In this document: piece by piece, positions 46,264 through 54,779 of the stretch
Layout of the letters: each line of letters begins with the position of its first letter
Numbering within the stretch: the stretch's first letter is position 1
IMG/VR virus record: IMGVR_UViG_3300024517_000021
Location: 1-54,779 of that record
Strand: one strand, 5' to 3'
Length of the DNA: 54,779 bases
Source of the DNA: a virus
Taxonomy: Duplodnaviria; Caudoviricetes
Position numbers and translations under genes: made by a program
Notes under the pieces: model-generated
What the model was told of the DNA's origin: nothing
The model's database searches: none
What the model saw: only the letters and a program-made list of their open reading frames with translations

Positions 46264-48804
46264 TTGGCGATTGAGAAGGCTCTCTCTGAAACAATATTTT
46301 CTCCAGATTTTGAGGAGGAACGAGTTGAAGTTGAGATCCTGAATCCAGAAGCAATCTCTGTTAATACAGAAGAGGGCGGGATCCTTATCGACTTTGATCC
46401 AGAAGAGGAGCACGTGGAGTTCGGTGCAAATCTTGCCGAACACATGGGCGAGCGAGAGCTGGGCCGACTCTCCTCGAATCTGATTGGTTCGTTTAATTCG
46501 GACAAGTCTTCCAGAAAAGATTGGGAAGACTCTTACCGGAAGGGACTCGATCAGCTTGGATTGACATTTGATGAGAGAACAAGTCCATGGCAAGGGGCTT
46601 GTGGGGTCACTCATCCGATCCTCTCTGAAGCAGTGGTTCGTTTCCAGAGCCAAGCTATTGGAGAGATCTTCCCATCGGGGGGTCCGGTTAAAACCAAGAT
46701 CGTTGGTCAGATGACCAGCGAGAAGACCAAGCAGTCTCACCGCATTGAAAATTTCATGAACTATCTGGTGACAGAAGTCATGACGGAGTATCGGCCAGAG
46801 ACGGAGAAGCTTCTCTTCAGCCTCCCGCTTGCTGGCTCTGCCTTCAGAAAAGTTTACTGGGATCCGAATTTGAATCGCCCTTGTGCGATGTTCATCCCTT
46901 CCGAAGATCTCGTAGTTTCTTACGGAGCATCTTCTCTAGATACATGCGAGCGTGTCACGCATGTGATGAAGAGGAATCGAAACGATATTCGGAAGCTACA
47001 GTTCAGTGGCTTCTACAAAGATATTGATCTCGGAGAATCCCTTCATACAATGGGGGAGATCCAAGAAAAGTACGACCAGCTCACTGGAGAGAACCCTAGT
47101 TACGAGTCGGACAATCGACACACTATCCTTGAGATGCATGTAGATCTGGATCTGGAGGGATTCGAGGATGAATGTGGTGGAGAGGAGACGGGGATTGCAC
47201 TTCCCTATGTAGTTACGATTGACGATTCGAGTAGGAATATTCTTTCGATCCGAAGGAATTGGTTTGAGGAGGACGAGAAGAAGCTCCGAAGGAATCACTT
47301 CGTCCATTATGAATATGTTCCTGGCCTTGGATTTTATGGCTTTGGTTTGATTCATATGATTGGCGGGCTTGCAAAGTCCGCTACTTCCCTCCTCCGTCAG
47401 TTGGTAGATGCAGGCACCTTGAGCAATCTCCCTGGCGGCTTGAAGGCTCGCGGTCTTCGGATTAGGGGCGACGATACACCTATTTCACCGGGTGAGTTCC
47501 GAGATGTGGATGTACCGGGGGGTGCTATTCGGGACAATATTTCTTTCCTCCCGTACAAAGAGCCCTCGAATGTCCTCTATCAGCTTCTCGGAAATATCGT
47601 TGAGGAGGGAAGGCGCTTCGCTTCGCTGACGGATTTGCAGATCAGCGACATGAACCAGCAGGCTCCGGTGGGTACGACGCTGGCTTTGCTGGAAAGATCC
47701 ATGAAAGTCATGGCTGCGGTTCAGGCCAGACTCCATGCTTCCATGAAGAGGGAGTTCAAAATCCTTGCGGACATTGTCAAGGATCATGCCCCACATGACT
47801 ACCCTTATGATTTGAAGGGCAATGAAGTCATGAAGATGGATGACTTCGATGACCGAATTGATGTCATTCCGGTATCGGATCCAAACTCCGCGACGATGGC
47901 TCAAAGGATCATGCAGTACCAAGCGGCATTGCAGCTCGCGAATACTTCCCCGCAGATGTACGACCTCCCTCAGTTGCATCGGCAGATGCTTGAAGTTCTT
48001 GGGATCCAAGATGCGGACAAGATCATTCCCTTGGAGGATGAGATACCTGCGAGAGATCCTGTTGAAGAAAACATGGATATCATGAATGGTGAGCCGGTGA
48101 GGGCTGCGATGTGGCAGGATCAAGAAGCTCACATTCAAGTTCATATGGCTGCCATCCAAGATCCTAAGATGATGGAGTTGCTGAGTAAGTCTCCAAATGC
48201 AAATTCGATCCAGGCTTCCGCCGCTGCCCACATTACAGAGCATGTTTCATTCCAGTATCGGAAGGAAATCGAGAAGCAGCTTGGGGTGGCCCTTCCGCCT
48301 CCGGGCCAGCCTTTGCCGGATGATTTGGAGGTTCAGCTTTCTAGGCTAGTAGCAGATGCGGCAGGCCGGTTGCTCTTGAAGTCTCAAGCGGAGCAGCAGC
48401 AGCAAGTTGCTCAACAGCAGGCGCAAGATCCTATTCTCCAGATGCGAAGAGAAGAGCTGGAGATTCGCAAGGCAGAGACTCAGGCCAAGATCATGGAGTC
48501 TGCGGAGCGTCTCAAGTTCGACCGGCAGAAGTCGGAAGAGCGAAACGAAGTCGAGAGAGAGCGCATTGATTCTCGCGAGCGAGTTGAGGGTGCGAAGATT
48601 GGTGCAGAGCTTTCATTGGAAGCCCAGAAAGCAATTGCTGAAGGTGAAGAGATCTCTTCCCGAGAAAGAATCGAGGGCGCAAAGATTAGCGCCAAGGTCT
48701 CTGAGCTTTTGATGAAAGAAGACGACCGCGATTCCAAGGAAAGAATCGAGGGGGCAAAGATCGGTGTCAAGCTTGGTGAGAGGTTGAGCAACCCAAGTGG
48801 ATAA
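46264..48804 (+). CDS. Portal protein
   Basis: SR.DWE..Y.KGL..LG, PW.GACGV.HP.L.EAVVRFQ, PGLGFYGFGLIH, LVDAGTLSNLPGG, PVGTTLALLE; 846 aa after TerL. Confidence 0.92.
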   Translation: MAIEKALSETIFSPDFEEERVEVEILNPEAISVNTEEGGILIDFDPEEEHVEFGANLAEHMGERELGRLSSNLIGSFNSDKSSRKDWEDSYRKGLDQLGLTFDERTSPWQGACGVTHPILSEAVVRFQSQAIGEIFPSGGPVKTKIVGQMTSEKTKQSHRIENFMNYLVTEVMTEYRPETEKLLFSLPLAGSAFRKVYWDPNLNRPCAMFIPSEDLVVSYGASSLDTCERVTHVMKRNRNDIRKLQFSGFYKDIDLGESLHTMGEIQEKYDQLTGENPSYESDNRHTILEMHVDLDLEGFEDECGGEETGIALPYVVTIDDSSRNILSIRRNWFEEDEKKLRRNHFVHYEYVPGLGFYGFGLIHMIGGLAKSATSLLRQLVDAGTLSNLPGGLKARGLRIRGDDTPISPGEFRDVDVPGGAIRDNISFLPYKEPSNVLYQLLGNIVEEGRRFASLTDLQISDMNQQAPVGTTLALLERSMKVMAAVQARLHASMKREFKILADIVKDHAPHDYPYDLKGNEVMKMDDFDDRIDVIPVSDPNSATMAQRIMQYQAALQLANTSPQMYDLPQLHRQMLEVLGIQDADKIIPLEDEIPARDPVEENMDIMNGEPVRAAMWQDQEAHIQVHMAAIQDPKMMELLSKSPNANSIQASAAAHITEHVSFQYRKEIEKQLGVALPPPGQPLPDDLEVQLSRLVADAAGRLLLKSQAEQQQQVAQQQAQDPILQMRREELEIRKAETQAKIMESAERLKFDRQKSEERNEVERERIDSRERVEGAKIGAELSLEAQKAIAEGEEISSRERIEGAKISAKVSELLMKEDDRDSKERIEGAKIGVKLGERLSNPSG

Positions 48805-48982
48805 TTGGGCGGAAGCCTTCGTATCCAGAATCACCGAGCTTCGCGACCAGCACGCAGACCACTTGATAAGTGGCAGTGTGGACTCCTTTGAAGACTACCG
48901 TCATTTGTGCGGAGTCTTGAAGGGTCTGGACGTAGCAGTGCGTGAACTGAAGGATCTTCTTTCGCAAGTGGAGGATGACTGA
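48797..48982 (+). CDS. Small conserved head-module protein
   Basis: L..G....FE.Y....G...GL pattern between portal and GroES. Confidence 0.7.
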   Translation: MDNWAEAFVSRITELRDQHADHLISGSVDSFEDYRHLCGVLKGLDVAVRELKDLLSQVEDD

Positions 48983-49068
48983 TTTTATTAAATGGAAAAA
49001 CGTCTAGCCAAAATAGACGCACGGGGAACGATGGCACCCGTTAATCGCCGTCTGCAAAGGAAAAAAAA

Positions 49069-49446
49069 ATGACTGAAGCGATCCAATACAGTGATCGTGA
49101 ACCGGAACGAACTGCAACGAAACTTCCTGATCCTTCCGGTTATCGATTGTTGGTTGCATTGCCCGAAGTGGAGGAGACGACAGGGGGAGGCATTTACATT
49201 CCCGAGGAGAGGCGCGATGCGGAAACGGTCGCAAGTATCACGGGATTTGTTTTGAAGTCTGGCCCCGATGCTTATTCCGATGAGAAGAGATTCCCAAATG
49301 GTCCCTGGTGCAAAGAAGGGGATTGGATTGTGATGCGCGCATATTCAGGAACGCGACTCAATATCCACGGAAAGGAATTTCGGATTATCAATGATGATTC
49401 GGTGGAAGCCGTAGTCGAAGACCCGAGAGGAGTGTCGAGAGCATGA
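49069..49446 (+). CDS. groES: Co-chaperonin GroES-like protein
   Basis: P.GYRLLV, T.GGI.IP, V...GPDAY, PWCKEGD.....YSG, E.RIINDD.V.AVV. Confidence 0.9.
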   Translation: MTEAIQYSDREPERTATKLPDPSGYRLLVALPEVEETTGGGIYIPEERRDAETVASITGFVLKSGPDAYSDEKRFPNGPWCKEGDWIVMRAYSGTRLNIHGKEFRIINDDSVEAVVEDPRGVSRA

Positions 49447-50363
49447 GTGCGCCGCTTGACGATCTTATGGGGAATTCACTTACGGAGCCCATTGTCAAAG
49501 ATTCCGGCGAAGAGATTGAGGTCTCTATCGTTGAGGATTCTCCTGACGAGGATGTATCCGGGAGTCATGATGACGAGATCCAAGAAGTTGGGGGTCGGGT
49601 CTCAAAGCGAATCAACAAGCTCAAGTACGAGTTTCATGAGGAGAGGCGTTCCAAGGAATCCGCCGAGCGGATGCGCGAAGAAGCTGTCAGTCATGCACAG
49701 CGATTGGCGAACGAGAACGAAGAACTCAAGGGGTTGATTCAGAGAGGAGAGAAGGTTCTTCTTTCTGAAATTAAATCTCGTACAGAGTCGGACCTAACGA
49801 AGGCAAGGGAAGAGTACCGGCAGGCATACGAGGCTGGGGATACTGACGCCATTTTGAAGGCGCAGGAGTCCTTGACTCGCTCTCAGTATGAAACTGAAAT
49901 GGCCTCTCAGTACCAGCCCGAAGTCTCACAAAGGATCCAGCAGCAGCAAGCTCAGCAGCAAGCTCAGCAGCAAGCTCAGCAGCAAGAGAAGCCTGTAGAT
50001 CCGAAGCTTCAGTCATGGCTGAAAGAAAATGATTGGTTTGGAAAAGACGAGGAATTGACCTCGTTTGCTTACGGGGTTCACGAGAAGCTCGTAGCGAGAG
50101 AGGGTGTAGACCCTCGTTCGGAAGAATACTACAAACGGATTAATGATCGGATGCGTAGTGTTTTTCCAGAAAAGTTTGGAGTTGAACCGGGCGAGGAGGA
50201 GCCCTCTGCCAACTCCAGAACTTCGACGGTAGTTGCCTCGGCCAGTCGGTCTTCAGGCAAGCCGCGCAAAGTGCAGATGACCTCTACCCAAGTTGCTCTC
50301 GCGAAGCGGCTGGGTATTACGCCAGAGCAATACGCCAAACAGCTCCTGAAGGAGGTTCGGTAA
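49443..50363 (+). CDS. Putative scaffolding protein
   Basis: Acidic N-term, V.KRI.KL, coiled coil, W...N.WFG.D, C-term Q.ALAKRLG.T.EQYAK; CAGCAGCAAGCT tandem at 49941-49986. Confidence 0.7.
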   Translation: MSAPLDDLMGNSLTEPIVKDSGEEIEVSIVEDSPDEDVSGSHDDEIQEVGGRVSKRINKLKYEFHEERRSKESAERMREEAVSHAQRLANENEELKGLIQRGEKVLLSEIKSRTESDLTKAREEYRQAYEAGDTDAILKAQESLTRSQYETEMASQYQPEVSQRIQQQQAQQQAQQQAQQQEKPVDPKLQSWLKENDWFGKDEELTSFAYGVHEKLVAREGVDPRSEEYYKRINDRMRSVFPEKFGVEPGEEEPSANSRTSTVVASASRSSGKPRKVQMTSTQVALAKRLGITPEQYAKQLLKEVR

Positions 50364-50812
50364 TGCCGCGCACCGAGGATACTCGGAGTCGAGAGACTCG
50401 CGAGGAATCAAAACGTGAAACACCGTGGAGCCCCGCTCCTCTCTTGCCGCAGCCTGATCCCAGACCGGGATTGGATCATCGGTATGTGAGGGCGTCTATG
50501 AGGGGCGAAGCCGACAACATCAATGTCTCTCAAGCTTTGAGAGATGGATGGGAGCCGGTACTCGCAACTGACTATCCCGAGCTGATGATTGTGTCAGATC
50601 GTGGCAGTCAGTATCCCGATAACGTCCTGATAGGTGGTTTGCTTCTTTGTTCTCGCCCTTCCGAAATCGGAGAGCAGATCAGAGCGCATTCCAACAGAGA
50701 GATCGCGCAACAAATGGACGCGGTAGATCGCAACTACTTCAGAGAGCAAGATCCGCGTATGCCGATGCTCAAGCCTGAGCGAAGCTCGCGGGTTACGTTT
50801 GGCGATGACTAA
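50363..50812 (+). CDS. Conserved head-module hypothetical protein
   Basis: W.P...LP.P.P..G...R.VR, N.S..LR.GWEPV, GGLLLC. Confidence 0.75.
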   Translation: MPRTEDTRSRETREESKRETPWSPAPLLPQPDPRPGLDHRYVRASMRGEADNINVSQALRDGWEPVLATDYPELMIVSDRGSQYPDNVLIGGLLLCSRPSEIGEQIRAHSNREIAQQMDAVDRNYFREQDPRMPMLKPERSSRVTFGDD

Positions 50813-50863
50813 CGGTAGAAGGTCTACTGAAGGCTATCGTCATATCTTTTAGGAGATAGCCAA

Positions 50864-51436
50864 ATGGCTTATGGATTTCGTCCTGTCCAGATGGGCGGGT
50901 CTCAATACAACACTGGGGGGTTTGTGAAACTTCCCATCGAGGATGCCCTCGTGGGGACTCCCATTTATAATGGTGGTCCGCTTGCCTACACGGTTGCTAC
51001 GGCGACTGCGGATACAGGCATTAGTGCCAACGACACTCCGCTCGACAACGATTTGTCGGTTGGGATTCTTGTTGGTGCTACCTGGGTCAATGCTGACAAT
51101 GAGCAGAAGTGGGGACAGTATTACGACGGCAATTCCGGCAACAAGACCGGTAAGGCTTTCGCTTTTGTTGCTCCGCTGGAGAATACTATTTTCCAAGTTC
51201 AGGGCAGTGCTGCATGGGATAGGAAATATATTGGTTGGTTGAATCTGGTTGCGGGATCGACTGGATCAACCGCAACTGGCAATTCCAATATTTCCCTGAC
51301 TCTCGCTACGGCAAATGGGGGCAATGCGTGTGTTATTCCCATTGGTGTTCTTGAGAATGGGAACGAGACGACTACAACCCCTGACGTGCTTGTTCGGTTT
51401 GCCGCTATTGGCATCTCGACAGTCCCGTTGATCTAG
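50864..51436 (+). CDS. Putative capsid decoration / cement protein
   Basis: AGGAG SD; YGFRPV...G, GST.TG.S; directly upstream of major capsid gene. Confidence 0.65.
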   Translation: MAYGFRPVQMGGSQYNTGGFVKLPIEDALVGTPIYNGGPLAYTVATATADTGISANDTPLDNDLSVGILVGATWVNADNEQKWGQYYDGNSGNKTGKAFAFVAPLENTIFQVQGSAAWDRKYIGWLNLVAGSTGSTATGNSNISLTLATANGGNACVIPIGVLENGNETTTTPDVLVRFAAIGISTVPLI

Positions 51437-51451
51437 GAAAGGAGGTTAATC

Positions 51452-52369
51452 ATGGCTATTTCACGAGCACAAATGATGAAAGAACTCCTTCCTGGGCTGA
51501 ACGCTTTGTTCGGGCTGGAGTATCAGACTTATGAAGATGAGTCTGCGGTGATCTACGAGACGGAATCTTCAGAGAGAGCCTTTGAAGAGGAAGTCAAGCT
51601 GTCTGGTTTCGGTGCTGCGCCAGTGAAGAGTGAGGGGTCGGCTATCACTTATGATACCGCCCAGGAGCATTTCACGGCTCGGTACACGCACGAAACCGTA
51701 GCGATGGGCTTTGCGATCACGGAGGAAGCAGTCGAAGATAATCTCTACGACTCGGTTTCTGCGCGATACACGAAGGCTCTCGCGCGGGCGATGGCTCACA
51801 CCAAGCAGGTAAAGGCAGCGTACCCTCTGAACAATGCCTACACATCCGGCAACTTTGCCGCTGGGGATGCGCTTGCTTTGTGTGATACACACCTGACGGT
51901 TGATGGGGGAAATAACAAAAACCTCCTGACTGTTGCATCGGATCTCAACGAGACTTCCCTGGAGCAAGCCGTGATTGATATCGCGGCCTTCACGGATGAT
52001 CGTGGTCTTCTGATCGCAGCGCGCCCCAGGAAGCTGATCGTGGCTCCCTACAACCAGTTCGTTGCTACGCGAATTCTGGACACGGAACTCCGTCCCGGAA
52101 CCGCAGACAACGACATCAACGCCATGCGGACGAATGGCACTATTCCCGATGGGTACAGTGTCAATCACTTCCTCACTACCGCGAACAAGAAGCGATGGTT
52201 CTTGATGACGGATGTTCCGAATGGCATGAAGCACTTCTCCCGTACCGCTCTTCAGACTGGTATGGATGGTGACTTCGATACCGGCAATGTTCGGTACAAG
52301 GCTCGGGAACGCTATAGCTTCGGCGTCAGCGACTTCCTGGGTATCTTCGGAAGTGGCGACATCTCTTAG
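51452..52369 (+). CDS. Major capsid protein
   Basis: AAAGGAGGT SD; MAISRAQ..KEL.PGLNALFG.EY, S.RAFEEEV.LSGF..A..K.EG, DFDTGN.RYKARERYSFG.SD. Confidence 0.92.
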   Translation: MAISRAQMMKELLPGLNALFGLEYQTYEDESAVIYETESSERAFEEEVKLSGFGAAPVKSEGSAITYDTAQEHFTARYTHETVAMGFAITEEAVEDNLYDSVSARYTKALARAMAHTKQVKAAYPLNNAYTSGNFAAGDALALCDTHLTVDGGNNKNLLTVASDLNETSLEQAVIDIAAFTDDRGLLIAARPRKLIVAPYNQFVATRILDTELRPGTADNDINAMRTNGTIPDGYSVNHFLTTANKKRWFLMTDVPNGMKHFSRTALQTGMDGDFDTGNVRYKARERYSFGVSDFLGIFGSGDIS

Positions 52370-52375
52370 TTGCCT

Positions 52376-52412
52376 GGGGGGGGCGGGGTAAAACCCGCCC
52401 CCTTCTTTCTTT
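52376..52412 (+). terminator. Intrinsic terminator after major capsid gene
   Basis: GGGGGCGGG-GTAAAA-CCCGCCCCC + TTCTTTCTTT. Confidence 0.75.
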
Positions 52413-52481
52413 ACAACCAAACTCGCCAGACTTAATCAGACAGCACGCGGACTGGCGAGGTAGATGCGTGCATCGAGGTAA

Positions 52482-52937
52482 ATGAAAATGGGACAGACTA
52501 CGTTCAGTGGTCCGATCAAAGCTGGGAACATCTTCAATACGAGCGGTACGACTCTTGGCGAGGACGTTGCCAATGTTGGATCGGTTATCATGGCGCAGAG
52601 TGCTGCTATTACAGAAGCCGCTGCGTCTGCCAGTGTTGACATCGTAATCCCTGCGAATAGTCAGATTGTAGATATGTTTGTTTTGATACAAACTGCGTGG
52701 GACGGTGGTACGAATACGATTGACGTTGGTGATCGTTCTGATACCGACCTTTTCGTTGATGGACTTCCGGCCACTGTCGTCGGAAACCACAGGGTAACTG
52801 CTGCGACTACGGGAACTGAGGCGAACTGGAAGGATGTTGGGACAACCGATGTGGGTCTTTCGGTAGATTCCGTTGCCAACGGATCGGGCACTGGCGTTCT
52901 CACTGTTCTCTACATCCAGAACAATAACCTGTCGTAA
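52482..52937 (+). CDS. Putative minor capsid / decoration protein
   Basis: TTFSGP.KAG, NVG.V.MAQ, IPANSQI.D, G.G.LTV.Y.QNN. Confidence 0.7.
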   Translation: MKMGQTTFSGPIKAGNIFNTSGTTLGEDVANVGSVIMAQSAAITEAAASASVDIVIPANSQIVDMFVLIQTAWDGGTNTIDVGDRSDTDLFVDGLPATVVGNHRVTAATTGTEANWKDVGTTDVGLSVDSVANGSGTGVLTVLYIQNNNLS

Positions 52938-52943
52938 TCCACT

Positions 52944-52975
52944 GGGGGCACCTTCGGGTGCCCCCTTCCTTCTTT
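52944..52975 (+). terminator. Intrinsic terminator with cUUCGg tetraloop
   Basis: GGGGGCACC-TTCG-GGTGCCCCC + TTCCTTCTTT. Confidence 0.75.
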
Positions 52976-52987
52976 AGGGGTTCAACG

Positions 52988-53491
52988 GTGAAACTTCTTG
53001 TTTTGATTCTGTCGGTGGTGTTTGCTTCTCCAGCATTTGGGGGTGCCGATGCCGATTCTGGCAAGTCTTGTTCGGATGCTGGTATCACTGACTTCAAAAC
53101 TTGGATGGAGGGAGATTGTACTGTTCTTTGCGAAGCTCATACTTCTAGTGATGCTTGTACTCCAGATGAAGGAGTTTTGGTTGGATACGGTAGACATAGA
53201 AGAATTAGAAGTGTTTCTATAGAGCTTCAGGAGAGCGACTGTACTGCCGGTGATGGAAAAATTTACGCTCGGTCTAAAAGTGCCGAATGTTCGACCCCGG
53301 CTGATTGCCCTTGGCACTATATCGGGAATCTAGATTTGGATGCGACGGATGATACTGGAATATCGTTGATTTCCATTGATGGTATTGCGGCTGCTCCTCT
53401 TCCGTACATGAAGGCTGTTTTTTCTAGTGCTGTGTGTAGTAGTGGTGCGACGATCTTGGTTCACAGGAGAGGTGCGCTCCAAAATGACTAG
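52988..53491 (+). CDS. Signal-peptide, Cys-rich beta protein
   Basis: Start re-called to GTG 52988: MKLLVLILSVVFASPAFG; 8 Cys in the mature part. Confidence 0.7.
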   Translation: MKLLVLILSVVFASPAFGGADADSGKSCSDAGITDFKTWMEGDCTVLCEAHTSSDACTPDEGVLVGYGRHRRIRSVSIELQESDCTAGDGKIYARSKSAECSTPADCPWHYIGNLDLDATDDTGISLISIDGIAAAPLPYMKAVFSSAVCSSGATILVHRRGALQND

Positions 53492-54512
53492 GATGTTTTC
53501 GATTGTTCTGATTGTTGCTTTTTGTTTGGTTTTCTCTGCTTATGCTGGGGATATATTGGTTATACCTAGCACTAGCAGTTCATCTACTGATGCAGCAAGC
53601 CGTTCTAGTTTGCTCCAATTGCGAGAGGTTGCGGTTCTTCCTAAGCATAATTGGAATGTTGACAGAAACGCTGTTCCATGGTCTTCGCTGCCAAGGCTGT
53701 CTAACGTGGCGATAGATGCAGATGATGCTACGGACAATACGGTTACAATTACTTCGCATGATATGCAGACCGGAGATGGTCCGTTTACTTTTTCGTTGAT
53801 TCAGGGTTCCAATGCAAGCGGAATTGCTGGCAATGTAAATTATTATCTTAGAGTTTTAGATGCGAATAGAGTCCAGCTATATATGGATTACGCAACTGCG
53901 ATGTTGGGTGTCAATTCCGTTTTGGATCCAAACGGTCAGTTGACTGCGGGTTCCAATGCGATTGAGGGTGTTACGTCAAACACCTGCACGCATGATGGGA
54001 CTACGGTTTGCACTGAGCATACGACTTGTAGTGCTGCTGCTCCCAGCGCCCCGAATGATCCTCCATCTATTTGTTATATGGCACCCCAACCCATTGCGTT
54101 CCAATCACCCGGAGATCAGGGTGAGTTTGTGATTTATCCTACCAATATGTCCCAGTCGAGGGGTATGAATAACAATACTGGTGGAACAGGCAGGGATGGG
54201 AGCGATTGTTCTCCAACCGGTTCTAACTGTTTTTGGGGTGCGAGTTTCACTACAGGATCTGCATCGGACACTACTTCATTTGGGACTATTGCATATGCTG
54301 GCGGCAAGGATGGATATCACAATGGTGATATTGCCTGTGGATTGCAGGGTCTCCATTGCCGTGGCTCTATGACTATAGAGGCTACAAGTGCAACCCAATT
54401 TGGTGGTAGGCTGATGAATTGCGATGCTGGTTATGCTGGCTGTGGATCTCAATCCGTAACTTGTAATGCTAACAATGAATTGGTTATTGCTTTTTGCGGG
54501 ACAACAGATTGA
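53484..54512 (+). CDS. Signal-peptide, Cys-rich protein with tail-fibre-like module
   Basis: Start re-called to ATG 53484 (AGGAG SD): MTRMFSIVLIVAFCLVFSAYA; DNTVTI.SH...TGD...G......YY....DAN...L module. Confidence 0.7.
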   Translation: MTRMFSIVLIVAFCLVFSAYAGDILVIPSTSSSSTDAASRSSLLQLREVAVLPKHNWNVDRNAVPWSSLPRLSNVAIDADDATDNTVTITSHDMQTGDGPFTFSLIQGSNASGIAGNVNYYLRVLDANRVQLYMDYATAMLGVNSVLDPNGQLTAGSNAIEGVTSNTCTHDGTTVCTEHTTCSAAAPSAPNDPPSICYMAPQPIAFQSPGDQGEFVIYPTNMSQSRGMNNNTGGTGRDGSDCSPTGSNCFWGASFTTGSASDTTSFGTIAYAGGKDGYHNGDIACGLQGLHCRGSMTIEATSATQFGGRLMNCDAGYAGCGSQSVTCNANNELVIAFCGTTD

Positions 54513-54525
54513 TGGTGGTTAAAAA

Positions 54526-54779
54526 ATGAAATTCTTCCTAATCGCGATTTCTGTGGTTTTCCTTTTGTTCCCAGCATCTTCTGTTGCTCAAGGGTATTTC
54601 ACTATTGGTCTAATTCCTGATACCCAGAATTACAAAGGCATCGGTTCAACTGACGATGGTGTGAATTCGATCAAAGAGCAGATGAAATACCTCGTGAGGA
54701 ATAGGGATCGTCTTCATCTTGCCGGTGTATTTGGTCTTGGTGACATTGTGAGTTCTGATTGCACGGGAAATGTGGAGTG
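54526..54779 (+). CDS. Partial (3'-truncated) exported calcineurin-like metallophosphoesterase
   Basis: Manual translation MKFFLIAISVVFLLFPASSVA-QGYFTIGLIPDTQNY...GLGDIV; PDTQ and GDIV match the first two metal-binding motifs. Confidence 0.7.
   Translation, partial: MKFFLIAISVVFLLFPASSVAQGYFTIGLIPDTQNYKGIGSTDDGVNSIKEQMKYLVRNRDRLHLAGVFGLGDIVSSDCTGNVE

Larger units (their letters stand above)
1..54779. mobile_element. Tailed dsDNA bacteriophage genome (podovirus-like), near-complete, circularly permuted
   Basis: TerS, TerL, portal, capsid, adaptor, tail, lysis and primase-helicase genes in phage order; no host housekeeping genes; both window ends fall in the structural module. Confidence 0.96.

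Noticed and set aside
1-54779. Terminal redundancy or a closed circle; DGR, tRNA, integrase, DNA polymerase
   Set aside because: The two ends do not overlap and both cut genes; no RT, cloverleaf, recombinase or polymerase motifs were recognised by eye

Overview
The window is most of a tailed dsDNA phage genome (podovirus-like gene order, typical of uncultured aquatic phages), opened inside the structural module. Plus strand 1-25 kb: head-tail adaptors, tail fibre, tail nozzle, putative ejection proteins, a 3513-aa multi-domain protein and a lysis cassette. 25-31.4 kb: recombination and replication genes (Sak-like annealase, Cas4-like exonuclease, RusA, primase-helicase). Minus strand 31.5-42 kb: early/accessory genes, including a MoxR AAA+/vWA-metallopeptidase module. 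Plus strand 42.2-54.8 kb: TerS, TerL, portal, GroES, scaffold, major capsid, then three signal-peptide proteins. No integrase, DNA polymerase, reverse transcriptase, tRNA or CRISPR array was recognised. The main unexplained structure is a run of small unrelated genes (33.0-36.9 kb) joined by nine copies of one 16-17 nt element, AGGAGGACAAGTAGAT(G), which fuses SD, stop and start and looks like a gene-cassette array. The giant protein shows a parallel pattern, with domains separated by a repeated, DNA-conserved linker. All family assignments come from motif recognition by eye, not from database searches.
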